From a bacterium (GTDB taxonomy: Bacteria > Patescibacteriota > Minisyncoccia > UBA6257 > GWB1-50-10), in the NCBI GenBank assembly GCA_030647415.1, contig JAUSKB010000023.1:1-48456 (forward strand): a DNA stretch of 48,456 nt, given 5' to 3'. The first letter of the stretch is position 1. Each line of letters starts with the position of its first letter. The notes under the pieces were generated by a model that was given only the letters and a program-made list of their open reading frames with translations, made no database searches and had not been told where the DNA came from. Shown in pieces: positions 1 to 9,318 of this stretch. A program made the position numbers and the translations under genes.

Positions 1-137
1 GCTCGGGAACCACTCCAGTACGCCGCTTTGAACTCATCAAATATCTCCTTCCTTGTTTCCATGGTCATAGGTGACCACGGTAACCCATTTATGAGCTATA
101 CACTCCTCGCTCGGTAACAGTTTCAATGAGCTGGAAC
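1..137 (-). mobile_element. Left end of an IS copy (terminal sequence plus first codons of transposase), cut by window edge
   Basis: Exact reverse complement of 47312-47448; identity stops abruptly at 138/47311, defining the element end GTTCCAGCTCATTGAAACTGTTACCGAG. Confidence 0.9.
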
Positions 138-186
138 GGCCCCTTCCCGCCACCCGCCACGCTGGCGTATACTGGAAACGCAACCC

Positions 187-282
187 ATGGCACTCGCAAT
201 CTCCGAGGCGAGAGAGAGGCGAGACCTTGGAATTCCTTTTAAGGTCTCGCCTCTCGTACGCTCATTATGGCACTCGCAATCT
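187..282 (+). repeat. 16-bp direct repeat of the dnaX start (ATGGCACTCGCAATCT at 187 and 267) enclosing a 15-bp-stem hairpin
   Basis: GAGAGGCGAGACCTT (214-228) pairs with AAGGTCTCGCCTCTC (241-255); direct repeats seen in sequence. Confidence 0.85.
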
Positions 283-1391
283 ATAGAAAATACCGGCCGG
301 CGACATTCGATGACGTTATCGGCCAGGAAACAACCGTGCGGATTCTCCGCGAGGCGGCGCGGCGGGACACGCTCGCCCATGCCTACCTCTTCGCGGGACC
401 GCGCGGGACCGGAAAAACCACCACGGCCCGCCTCGTGGCGAAAATCGCGAACTGCGAACGGCGGGGCACGGATGCGGCATTTCGCGCAACCGGCGAGCCG
501 TGCAATGCGTGCCGACTCTGCCGCGAGATCGATGAGGGAAGGAGCCTTGACGTTGTCGAGATCGATGCGGCATCGAACCGCGGCATCGATGAAATCAGAA
601 ATCTCAAGGAAAACGTCCGCCTCGCGCCCATTGCGGCGCGTGCGAAGGTGTTTATCATCGACGAGGCGCACCAGCTCACGCCACCCGCGTGGAACGCGCT
701 CTTGAAGACGCTTGAGGAACCGCCGGCATCGGTATATTTCGTGCTGGCAACAACTGAAGCGGACCGCATTCCGGCGACCATCGTCTCCCGAACGCAGCAG
801 TGCTACTTCCGTTACATCGGGCTTGAAGCGCTCACCAGCAAACTTTCGCGGATTGCCGAGCGCGAAGGAATCGTGATCGAGCACGAGGCGCTTGACCTTA
901 TCGCGGCCGCCGCAGAAGGAAGTTTCCGCGATGCCGAATCGCTCTTAGACCAGCTTGCGACAGGTGGTACCCCGCTCACGGTCCGGGACGTGGAGGCGGC
1001 GATCGGGAAGGTCGGTTTCGAAACGCTGGCGCGGTTTATTGACCGCCTCGTCGCGCGCGACCTTCCCGCGGCGCTTCAAGACCTCGCGGCCATCCAGGAT
1101 GGTGGATTCAATCTCGCGCAGTTCACGAAAGACATCATCATCTATCTGCGTCGCATGCTCGTCATAAAACACGCTCCCGCGCTCGCGACGGTGCTTGCGC
1201 GCGAACTGGTCCCTGAACACCTCGCCCGGATTGCCGCCCACGCCGCGCACCGTGGCAGTGCCCCGACCGTGCTCCTCCGTGCGCTCATTGTCGCCTACGG
1301 CCAGATGCGGTACAGCCAATTTCCGCTCGTAATCCTCGAGGTGGCTCTTGTTGAATCGCTCTCGTCCCCATTGACCGCCTCGTCCTCCTGA
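267..1391 (+). CDS. dnaX: DNA polymerase III subunit gamma/tau (short form)
   Basis: YRKYRP, AHAYLFAGPRGTGKTT Walker A, PCNACRLC zinc motif, EIDAASNRGIDEIR, IIDEAH, NALLKTLEEPP, ATIVSR. Confidence 0.97.
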   Translation: MALAIYRKYRPATFDDVIGQETTVRILREAARRDTLAHAYLFAGPRGTGKTTTARLVAKIANCERRGTDAAFRATGEPCNACRLCREIDEGRSLDVVEIDAASNRGIDEIRNLKENVRLAPIAARAKVFIIDEAHQLTPPAWNALLKTLEEPPASVYFVLATTEADRIPATIVSRTQQCYFRYIGLEALTSKLSRIAEREGIVIEHEALDLIAAAAEGSFRDAESLLDQLATGGTPLTVRDVEAAIGKVGFETLARFIDRLVARDLPAALQDLAAIQDGGFNLAQFTKDIIIYLRRMLVIKHAPALATVLARELVPEHLARIAAHAAHRGSAPTVLLRALIVAYGQMRYSQFPLVILEVALVESLSSPLTASSS

Positions 1392-1392
1392 A

Positions 1393-1432
1393 AAACCAAA
1401 CTACCCTCGCCACGGCGAGGGCAGTTTGGTTT
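1393..1432. terminator. Bidirectional terminator between convergent dnaX and pilin
   Basis: ACCAAACTACCCTCGCC...GGCGAGGGCAGTTTGGT stem with A- and T-rich flanks. Confidence 0.7.
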
Positions 1433-1445
1433 GTCTGCTACCTGG

Positions 1446-1898
1446 TTACCGCGTAACGCTAATGACCTCGCCAAGCTCCTGCGTTGGGGCGCTCACCGTG
1501 ATACGGCCGCTCGACGCATCCCGTTGGACAGTGTAGCCGGTGTTGTAGTTGGTATTCGACGTATATTGGGCGTTTGTTGCGCTCGGGTCGAATGGAAGAA
1601 TGGATATATAGGTCGGCACAATGCAGGGAGCAATGTCATATCCTCCGGTATTCACCATGTTCGTCGCAGTGGTTGGAATGACCCCAGCCGCACACCCGGT
1701 TTCGAACAGCCCGCGATTGTCCGCCATCCGCTGCCCAATACCGTTCAGGATGGCATTCACATTCGCGCGCCGCTGAGTGTTTCGCGCTTGGGCGAACTGC
1801 CGTGCGGGGTTTAGGGCAACAATGACGACACCCGACAGAATGGCGATGATACCGATGACAACGAGGAGTTCGAGCAGTGTAAAACCTTTTCGATTCAT
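1446..1898 (-). CDS. Type IV pilin (prepilin N-terminal cleavage/methylation domain)
   Basis: MNRKG|FTLLELLVVIGIIAIL class III signal, hydrophobic helix, two Cys. Confidence 0.93.
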   Translation of the reverse strand: MNRKGFTLLELLVVIGIIAILSGVVIVALNPARQFAQARNTQRRANVNAILNGIGQRMADNRGLFETGCAAGVIPTTATNMVNTGGYDIAPCIVPTYISILPFDPSATNAQYTSNTNYNTGYTVQRDASSGRITVSAPTQELGEVISVTR

Positions 1899-1995
1899 CT
1901 TTATATTGTTACAGAAAATACCGACCTTTGCATACGATAATCATACCACAGATGTCCTCCCCTACAAAGCGCACCGTGTGAACCTGTAGAAAACG

Positions 1996-2023
1996 CCCCA
2001 GTCCCATCGCGGCGGGACTGGGG
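1996..2023. terminator. Hairpin between the two pilin genes
   Basis: CCCCAGTCCC-ATCGCGGC-GGGACTGGGG followed on the minus strand by TTTT. Confidence 0.6.
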
Positions 2024-2049
2024 TATGCATCATAACGTTACACCAATCC

Positions 2050-2502
2050 TTACCGCGTAACGCTGATGGTTTCTTGGAGCTCCGCCGTCGGGGCGCTCAC
2101 CGTGATGCGGCCGGTCGTCGCGTCCTTCAGGACGAAGTAACCGGTGTTGAACGATGAGGTGCTCGTGTAGCTCGCGCCTGCCGCACTCGGATCGAACGGC
2201 ATAATCGAGATGTAGGTCGGAACGAGACACTGGGCAATGCTGTACGCCGTTGACGCCATAAGCGTCGAGGTTGTCGGAATCGCGCCTGCCGCACAGCCGG
2301 TCTCGAAGGTTCCCTTATTGTCCGCTAGTCGCTGCCCAATACCGTTCAAAATGGCGTTCACATTCGACCAGCGCTGAGTGTTTCGCGCTTGGGCGAACTG
2401 CCGTGCGGGGTTTAGGGCAACAATGACGACACCCGCCAGAATGGCGATGATACCGATGACAACGAGGAGTTCGAGCAGTGTAAATCCTTTTCGTTTTTTC
2501 AT
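2050..2502 (-). CDS. Type IV pilin, paralog of 1446-1898
   Basis: MKKRKG|FTLLELLVVIGIIAIL; start moved from 2568 to 2502 to match prepilin leader length. Confidence 0.93.
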   Translation of the reverse strand: MKKRKGFTLLELLVVIGIIAILAGVVIVALNPARQFAQARNTQRWSNVNAILNGIGQRLADNKGTFETGCAAGAIPTTSTLMASTAYSIAQCLVPTYISIMPFDPSAAGASYTSTSSFNTGYFVLKDATTGRITVSAPTAELQETISVTR

Positions 2503-2610
2503 AATATATTTCAGTTGAATTTCGCTCTTTGCTCGACCTTTTTCATACACCAGCATAAAGTATAGCACAATCCCGGCTTTACTCCACCTATTTATCCACA
2601 GTAGATCTGC

Positions 2611-4089
2611 CTACCGGACCTCTTCCCAGGAAACTTGCACATACTGGCTCGATGTCTGTGGCGACTCGGGCGGCGGACCATAGAGTAGGTTCGAATCATA
2701 TACCAGCTCTCGATTTTGGTACCCGGTGCCGTCAGTGTACGCAAACCCGTACCGCAAATTCGTTGCAATCATACCGTATGAGGTGATTTTTTGACGGATA
2801 TGGTAGGGCGAACATCCGGAAGGATAGTAGTACCGTCCGACCCTCCCGTTCTGGGCAATGAGCGCTGCGTCAACGCGCAGGGTGTCGCTTGAAAAAAGTC
2901 CGATATTGAAATTGTTCTGCATAATGAGCTGGATGACGTCCGTGCCGTCATAGTTCGTATAGCGAAGGTCCTGATTCACTGCAATACTCGTCCGGGTCGT
3001 GGAATTATCGGGGAAACGGCCGGAACCGATGGTGAGGCGGGCGCCGTTTATCATGCCTCGGACCCAGAGGTTATCCTCAAAGAAGAAGATACCGTTTGCT
3101 GGAAACGGTCCGCTTTTCACCAGCGTTTCCGTCTGGACGCTCCATGTTCCCCATCCGGTTTGCCCCAGTGCATTTGAACAGCTTCCCGACGGCGGTGGGG
3201 CGAGCGCGGTCACTCGATAGAGGGCATAGGTACCTGTCGCGTTTAAGACCAACTCAAAACCGTAACTTCCCGAACTCGTCGCGTAGATACCAGAGGTCGA
3301 CGCAATGGTTCGGATATCCGAGAGGTTCTGTGACAAGCCCACAAAGTTCACCGCCGGCACGCCGACCGCCCGGCCGGCCAAGAAAACATCAGAACGCTCC
3401 GCGAGCGGATTCGGGGGCGCTTCAAGCGGACGGAATGTATTGTCCGTAGCAGTCGACGGCGGCAGGTCGCGGTGAGTATGGACTGCATACTCGTCAGCGC
3501 CAGCGTGGTCGGGGTCGTTGTACGTGGTCCGCGCACTTTGCACCAAGTTGTGCGCCGTGCCGTCAATGCGCAGTCCCTGGTTTGAGATAATCTCACCATA
3601 AATGTCGGTGCCTTCCCCGAATCGCATGTTATTATTCGTCGCCACGGCGTACTTCGCGAATGACGGAATGCCGAACTTCACCTGGATTATTTTTTGAACG
3701 GTGGGGTCCGCATCCACCCGACCGGTGCTTCGGACGGTCACAATCGTGGAACCGGATGGCGGTGGGGTAATATCAAGCGTGAACGTTCCGAACCGTTCAC
3801 CAAGACGATTGTAGTACGGATGCACGTAGGGACCGGGGGTGCCGGTGCCATCCTGGTAGTCGGACTTATTGTGCGCGAGGTGCCACCGGTAGTACTCGAT
3901 GCCTGCCTCTGCGATACTGAATGATGCGGCGCGGTGGAGTCCGCGGAGCGAGAAAGTGAGCGCCGAGTAGGTCCAAAGCATAAATCCAGATAGCATAATG
4001 ACCGTGACGCCGCCAAACACCAGAATCTGCATCGTAATAGCCGCACCCCGCCGCGGTGCCAAAGCTGGATAAATGGATTGGTTATTCAT
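2611..4089 (-). CDS. PilX-like minor pilin/pilus assembly protein
   Basis: RRG|AAITM leader lacking E5, hydrophobic helix, AFSIAEAG-type motif (SFSIAEAGIEY), C-terminal SWEE, position in pilus cluster. Confidence 0.75.
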   Translation of the reverse strand: MNNQSIYPALAPRRGAAITMQILVFGGVTVIMLSGFMLWTYSALTFSLRGLHRAASFSIAEAGIEYYRWHLAHNKSDYQDGTGTPGPYVHPYYNRLGERFGTFTLDITPPPSGSTIVTVRSTGRVDADPTVQKIIQVKFGIPSFAKYAVATNNNMRFGEGTDIYGEIISNQGLRIDGTAHNLVQSARTTYNDPDHAGADEYAVHTHRDLPPSTATDNTFRPLEAPPNPLAERSDVFLAGRAVGVPAVNFVGLSQNLSDIRTIASTSGIYATSSGSYGFELVLNATGTYALYRVTALAPPPSGSCSNALGQTGWGTWSVQTETLVKSGPFPANGIFFFEDNLWVRGMINGARLTIGSGRFPDNSTTRTSIAVNQDLRYTNYDGTDVIQLIMQNNFNIGLFSSDTLRVDAALIAQNGRVGRYYYPSGCSPYHIRQKITSYGMIATNLRYGFAYTDGTGYQNRELVYDSNLLYGPPPESPQTSSQYVQVSWEEVR

Positions 4090-5683
4090 GGTGCAAATTT
4101 CGGAACGAGACCATGCTGGTGAAGTAGCTCGGCTGGGGCGCTAGGGACGGCGTGAGGTCGGTATAGAGGTCGAGCCGCACCATGCGGACCGACGGAACCG
4201 CGAAGCTGGGCGAGGACGAGGCAACCCGCTTCATCTGAACGTCATCGATATAATAGCTGTCGCCGTTCGAGGCATACCCATTGAGGGCAAACATGAGGCG
4301 TCCGTCGGTCACCGGACCGTAGAAGCCAGCTGTGGTGAAATCTGTGGTATACAGCTGCCAACCAGTCGTGAGGTCCACCGCAAAATTATTCAAACCATAG
4401 TTCGTGTAGGGCGAGGTATGTTTCAGGACCGATATGCCGACATTGTGGCCGGTCGACGAGTACGCGGCGAATGAGAGGCGATACTTTGTCTCTGACTCCA
4501 GATCCACGTTCGCTTGGTACAACTGGGTGTTAGAACCGACGGTCGTGAGCGAGAGGCGGCCGCTCTGAACACCTTCGTACCCCGGCGTCGTGGTAGTAAA
4601 AGCCCCACTGCCATTCGTGTAGAAGGTCCATGGCGACGCGAGGGGCTCGAACCCCGAATTCTCGATGACATTCACCGGCACGGGAAGAATCTTTCGCAGT
4701 TTCACGTTGTCAATTGCATACGCATCCCCGTTCACGGCGAACCCCGGAAACCAAAACATGAGCCGCGCGTCAGTCACCCGAGATGAAAACCCGCTCGTCA
4801 TGAAATTCACCGTAAAGGTCTGCCAGCCGGTCCCAATGCCCGCGACGTAGTTCGAAAGGCCGTAGTTCGTGTAGGGCGAGGTATGTTTCAGGAGCGAAAC
4901 CGAAAGGTCGTGGCCGGTCGAGGAGTACGCGGCAAACGTGAGCTCGTAGTTCGTGTTCGGATCGAGCGTGAGATAGGCCTCATAGAGCTGCGTGTTGGAG
5001 CCGATGGTCGTGAGGGCTACCCGACCGTAGAATGCGCCGTCGAATCCGGGCGACGACGCCGAGAAGCTCCCCATGCCGTTCGTGTAGAAGGTCCACGGCG
5101 ATGTTCCCGACTCGAAACTCGGGTTCGTGAGGACATTCGGACCGTACTCGACGCTCGAAGTCGAGTTAACCGACTCGCCGGTGTATGTCGAATTATAGTA
5201 GGTGAACCTACTTGAAGTGCTGACCACATTCGTCACGAGGGTCCGCACTGTCTCAGTGGAGGTTGCATAGGTGAGCGGGTTGCCGGTTGGCTCGATGATG
5301 CCGCGTTCGAATGTGGTCGAGGTGAATGAGTACCGGACTCGCTCATAGATGCCATCCGAATCGACGTCGCTGTAGAAGACAAATTGCGACGAGCTCGCCA
5401 CTTCAATCGAGTAGGCGCCGATGGACGAGGGCCCCATTGAGCGGGCCTCGGTCTGGAATGTCTGCATGACCTGGTCCAGTCCTTGCTGGTTCGAGAGCTC
5501 CTGGTTCACAAATCCCGCCACCTGAGTAAACTGGCTTTCAGTAACACCCACGACCGCGAGCACAATTACCGAAAACCCCATAGCAACGATGAACTCGATA
5601 AGGGTAAACCCCCACACCAAACGATTGTTTGGTGTGGGGGTGAACCTCCCACGAGATGCTCCGAGATTTCGAGATTTTGACAT
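4082..5683 (-). CDS. PilW-like minor pilin with two tandem carbohydrate-binding (CBM4/9-like) domains
   Basis: WG|FTLIEFIV; two ~150-aa repeats starting NVLTNPSFE / NVIENSGFE and ending IDNV / IDDV. Confidence 0.75.
   Translation of the reverse strand: MSKSRNLGASRGRFTPTPNNRLVWGFTLIEFIVAMGFSVIVLAVVGVTESQFTQVAGFVNQELSNQQGLDQVMQTFQTEARSMGPSSIGAYSIEVASSSQFVFYSDVDSDGIYERVRYSFTSTTFERGIIEPTGNPLTYATSTETVRTLVTNVVSTSSRFTYYNSTYTGESVNSTSSVEYGPNVLTNPSFESGTSPWTFYTNGMGSFSASSPGFDGAFYGRVALTTIGSNTQLYEAYLTLDPNTNYELTFAAYSSTGHDLSVSLLKHTSPYTNYGLSNYVAGIGTGWQTFTVNFMTSGFSSRVTDARLMFWFPGFAVNGDAYAIDNVKLRKILPVPVNVIENSGFEPLASPWTFYTNGSGAFTTTTPGYEGVQSGRLSLTTVGSNTQLYQANVDLESETKYRLSFAAYSSTGHNVGISVLKHTSPYTNYGLNNFAVDLTTGWQLYTTDFTTAGFYGPVTDGRLMFALNGYASNGDSYYIDDVQMKRVASSSPSFAVPSVRMVRLDLYTDLTPSLAPQPSYFTSMVSFRNLHHE
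5608..5641. repeat. Palindromic insertion within the prepilin leader (encodes TPTPNNRLVWG)
   Basis: ACCCCCACACCAAAC-GATT-GTTTGGTGTGGGGGT, 15-bp perfect stem. Confidence 0.8.
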
Positions 5684-5687
5684 GGAA

Positions 5688-7568
5688 TTATAACTGTACG
5701 AGCGGGACCGTAAGCTCTTGCCACGAAGCTGTGGTCGAGGCGGTACCCGTCGCTATCTGGTAGCCACTCATGGTCACGGTGTAGGGGTATGAACTCCCGG
5801 CAAGCCCATCAAAATATGCTGTGTCTGGGGGAACGCACGGGCCCCGATACCCAATGCCTATCTCATTGACCTGTGGCGTCACCACGGCATTCGTGGTGGT
5901 GAGCCAAACCTGATATCGGAGATACCGGCGGTTTGTGTGGATGCCCGCGAGTGCCGTGCCACTTTCCGTATAGTAGGTGCTGGGTGTGCCGTCCGGGCCC
6001 ACGAAGGCCCAAAACGATGCGTCATCGTTCGAGGCAACCTGGAACCGGACGTTCGCACCGGCCGGCTGACTCAAAGGGTTCCACACCAGCGTCGTATATT
6101 CGGTGCTCGTACTTCCGGTATCGATAGTCTTCGAAACTAGCCACTCAGTCGAGGTAGCATATCCACCCGGACCTACCGCGAGTACGAGCGACCCCGGCAC
6201 GGTATCGGTAGATAAGGAATCGCTCTTCGAAGCATAGGCCCCGGCGGACCAATCCGTAGAACGAAGTGTGTCATATCCCGTTATCTGCGGGGCAAGCGAC
6301 ACCAGCAAAACGGTGGCATTTTGGATACCGGCGGCAGTTGCCGCATCACGTACATGAATAGCGAGAGCCCGGGATAGTGTCGGTGCAAATGAGGTACTGA
6401 ACGGCACGGTGGCAGAGGGTGCGACAGTGAGCGGCACGGCGGGCATCGTGCCGACAAGAGACCAGGTAGTGGTGGCGATGCCGACCGCATACGTGTCCCA
6501 TTCAAGACCCGTGATAGTTGCCAGGCCGTTTATGCCAGTCACGGTAGTGGTAGTGACCTTCACCACATCTGGTCCGGTTCCGATAAGCTTTGCACCCGTG
6601 AAAGTCGCGGCAACTCCCTGAAGCGGCTGGCAGGTCCGAGAAACTGCGGAAAGCCCGACCGTACTCAAGCCATCGATTGCAAACGTGATGTCGGTTAAGA
6701 CTCCAGCCGCCACCGTTGCATACGGCTTCGCCGGGTTAGGATTCCCCTGCCCGCCCACCGGGTAGGTCCGATCACTTGAATATCCTAACTTCGAGACAGT
6801 AATCTGGTATGACTGCGTTCCAGGTGGCACACCCACGAGTTGCAGTACACCATTGAGGTTGGTCGTATCAGTGAGGTCAATAGTAGGCAGCGTCGCCTCG
6901 TTCACCACCCGCACACTTGCTTCCGGCAGTGCATTTCCGTTTGCATCGATAACATGGATAAAGAGTGACCCACTTGACCCCGTTGCCTCTAAATTCGCGG
7001 GGGCGACTGTCGTCGTCATCGTAATGGGCACGAAGCGCGCACACCGGAGGCAACTCACCTCCACCTCGACCAGCTTGTAATCCGCGGGCGCGGTGTCGTT
7101 CGGGGCCCCACCCAAGGTACCATCGAAGGGGTCGTCCACATTCCGGATGGTGGTGACCACGAGGAATTCTATGGGGCCGACCGTTGAGACCTTCTGCCGG
7201 TCGAGAATACCCGCCGGGATACCGCCCAAGGTCCCCACACTGTCGTAGGGCAGGTTTCGGATAACCTCGATCTCCTGGTTCAACCGCGTGACCGAAGCCG
7301 TGCGGAGCTCGGCGTTCGTGAGTGTGTCAAGAATGGAGGAGTAGGAGAGGTATGCCCCGCCGAAAATGATGACCATGAGGCCTACCGCAATAATGAGCTC
7401 GATGAGGGATATGCCCTGCCGGGTAACCGACAACCGACCCGCCTCGCCAGACCCGCTTCGCCCGCGAAGCGAGGCGAGCGAGTGGGCGAGTCGAGGCGGG
7501 CAACCGACAACCGACAACCCGTTCGGGGTGTCTTTCGCTCGTCTCTCGTCTCTCGTCGCTCGTCTCAT
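5688..7568 (-). CDS. PilV-like minor pilin with beta-rich (carboxypeptidase-regulatory-like) C-terminal domains
   Basis: RQG|ISLIELII; EIEVIRNLPY; IHVIDANGNALPEASVRV...YQITVSKLGY. Confidence 0.75.
   Translation of the reverse strand: MRRATRDERRAKDTPNGLSVVGCPPRLAHSLASLRGRSGSGEAGRLSVTRQGISLIELIIAVGLMVIIFGGAYLSYSSILDTLTNAELRTASVTRLNQEIEVIRNLPYDSVGTLGGIPAGILDRQKVSTVGPIEFLVVTTIRNVDDPFDGTLGGAPNDTAPADYKLVEVEVSCLRCARFVPITMTTTVAPANLEATGSSGSLFIHVIDANGNALPEASVRVVNEATLPTIDLTDTTNLNGVLQLVGVPPGTQSYQITVSKLGYSSDRTYPVGGQGNPNPAKPYATVAAGVLTDITFAIDGLSTVGLSAVSRTCQPLQGVAATFTGAKLIGTGPDVVKVTTTTVTGINGLATITGLEWDTYAVGIATTTWSLVGTMPAVPLTVAPSATVPFSTSFAPTLSRALAIHVRDAATAAGIQNATVLLVSLAPQITGYDTLRSTDWSAGAYASKSDSLSTDTVPGSLVLAVGPGGYATSTEWLVSKTIDTGSTSTEYTTLVWNPLSQPAGANVRFQVASNDDASFWAFVGPDGTPSTYYTESGTALAGIHTNRRYLRYQVWLTTTNAVVTPQVNEIGIGYRGPCVPPDTAYFDGLAGSSYPYTVTMSGYQIATGTASTTASWQELTVPLVQL
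7425..7566. repeat. 63-bp in-frame inverted-repeat element (7438-7500) nested in heptamer tracts in the prepilin leader
   Basis: CCCGCCTCG...CGAGGCGGG ends; flanking (CAACCGA)n and (CGTCTCT)n-like 7-mers. Confidence 0.75.
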
Positions 7569-7574
7569 GGCTCC

Positions 7575-9278
7575 CTATTTCACATTCAGCCCTTGCGTGA
7601 TTGAGTAGATGGGCATGATGATCGACAGTGCGATAAACCCGACCACAAGCCCCATCACGAGCACGAGAATCGGTTCCAGCAAGCTCGTGAGATTCTGCAC
7701 GCTCGTTTCCACCTCCTCGGTGAAATACTCGGCAAGATACCGGAGGTTTTCTTCCAAATTTCCGGTGCTCTCCCCGACTTTGATCATACCGGTCAGTATG
7801 GGTGGAAAGAGGTGGGGTTTCTGCGACATGTGCGTTGCCATCTCTTCGCCGCGGCGCACCGCTTCGATAATCCGTTCGACCTCCCGTTGGTAGTACAGAT
7901 TATGAAACGTTACCCGCGTCACCGCGAGCGAGTCAACGAGTGTCATGCCGCTCCCCAGCAGGATTGCGAGCGATCGGGAAAAGTTCGCGAGCGTAATGTT
8001 CACCACGATTTTCGAGACCACCGGCAGGAGAAGTATGAGCCGGTCAAAGTAGAAGTGAATCTTCCTGAACGAGATGGCGCCGCGGAGCGCGATAATTGCC
8101 ACCACCAGCACGCCGCCCGCAAGGTACCCCTTCGTCTGGATGAATTCCATGAACGCGATGAGGAGCCGGGTGGTGAACGGCAGCGCGACGTGGAGACTCG
8201 TGAATATCGGGAGGATTTTCGGGAAGATGAAGACGGTAAGCCCGATGGACATGCCGAGGGTCGCAACGAGCACGATTGCCGGATATATCATGGCGGATTT
8301 CGCCCGGCCGCGAATGTCATGCTGTTTTTTCAGCTCCTTCGAGAGGTGCAGCAGGTTCTGGGAAAGGTTGCCGGAGGCCTCACCGACCTTCACCATACTG
8401 ATGAAAAATTCCCCGAACGATTTCTGGTACTTCCCGAGCGCCTGGGCGAGCGTCTGCCCGTTGTTCACGCCTCGGATAACCTCCGCCACGACCTTCACGA
8501 GGCGCTTCGAGGGGAGCTGTGCCTGGATGAGGCGAAGCCCTTCAATGAGCGGCAGTCCGCTATGGATGGCGACCGAGAGGTGCCGCGCGAAGTTTATCCG
8601 CTCCTGAATCGAGATATGGGGCGCCCCGCCGAATGAGATGTTGAGTGAGAGCCCCTTCCCCTTCTTACTCGCCTCTGTTTCTTTTTCTTCTGTTTTCTGC
8701 CGCCCGTTGCTCTTTGTTGGTTGTCCCGCGACCCTCCTCGAGATAAAAAATGTATCGAGCCATCGTTTCTTGGTTATGGGTGGTGTCCCCGTCGGCGCCG
8801 ATGTCGGAACTGCCGGTACGGCGTCTGCTTCCGTCGGTTTTGCCTGCGCGAGCGTCGCAATCCGTGGTTCCGGTTTTACTACCATCGGAACATCCATCTC
8901 CCCTCCCTTCTCCTCTGTTTTTTGCTCTCCGTTGTTGGTTGCTCGTTGTGTCACCCTCGGCGCAGGAATCACTGATGGAGCGTCTGTTTCCCCCATTTTT
9001 TCTCTTGTCTCTCGTCTTTTATCTTCTCCGATCCGCATCTCGCTTCCCCTCTCTGTTTCTACTCCTTTTTCTTTTTTCTTCTTTCTTTTATCTTCTCCCA
9101 GTGTGCGCCGCGTGCTGGTCCCTACCTGTACGATTGGCAGACGGTAGACAGGGCTCGCGGTTGCCACGCGTGACGCCACGCCCGAATGACTGGCGGTATC
9201 TTGTTGGGCTGACCCTCCCGCCGGTGCGGAGACCGTCGGGACGGCTGGTTTTCTGAAAAGTCGCGAAAATAGGGACAC
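7575..9278 (-). CDS. pilC: Type IV pilus platform protein PilC (GspF family) with long low-complexity N-terminal extension
   Basis: FARHLSVAIHSGLPL, MVKVGEASGNL, SAMIYP, MIKVGESTGNL, LLEPIL...IIMPIY. Confidence 0.92.
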   Translation of the reverse strand: MSLFSRLFRKPAVPTVSAPAGGSAQQDTASHSGVASRVATASPVYRLPIVQVGTSTRRTLGEDKRKKKKEKGVETERGSEMRIGEDKRRETREKMGETDAPSVIPAPRVTQRATNNGEQKTEEKGGEMDVPMVVKPEPRIATLAQAKPTEADAVPAVPTSAPTGTPPITKKRWLDTFFISRRVAGQPTKSNGRQKTEEKETEASKKGKGLSLNISFGGAPHISIQERINFARHLSVAIHSGLPLIEGLRLIQAQLPSKRLVKVVAEVIRGVNNGQTLAQALGKYQKSFGEFFISMVKVGEASGNLSQNLLHLSKELKKQHDIRGRAKSAMIYPAIVLVATLGMSIGLTVFIFPKILPIFTSLHVALPFTTRLLIAFMEFIQTKGYLAGGVLVVAIIALRGAISFRKIHFYFDRLILLLPVVSKIVVNITLANFSRSLAILLGSGMTLVDSLAVTRVTFHNLYYQREVERIIEAVRRGEEMATHMSQKPHLFPPILTGMIKVGESTGNLEENLRYLAEYFTEEVETSVQNLTSLLEPILVLVMGLVVGFIALSIIMPIYSITQGLNVK

Positions 9279-9318
9279 AGGAAACGAGTGTTGGTGCGGG
9301 ATACGGTCCCGCCGGAAC

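Noticed and set aside
123-884. 253-aa minus-strand ORF and 187-705 ORF
   Set aside because: Shadow frames of dnaX in GC-rich DNA; the 187 start comes from the duplicated 16-mer
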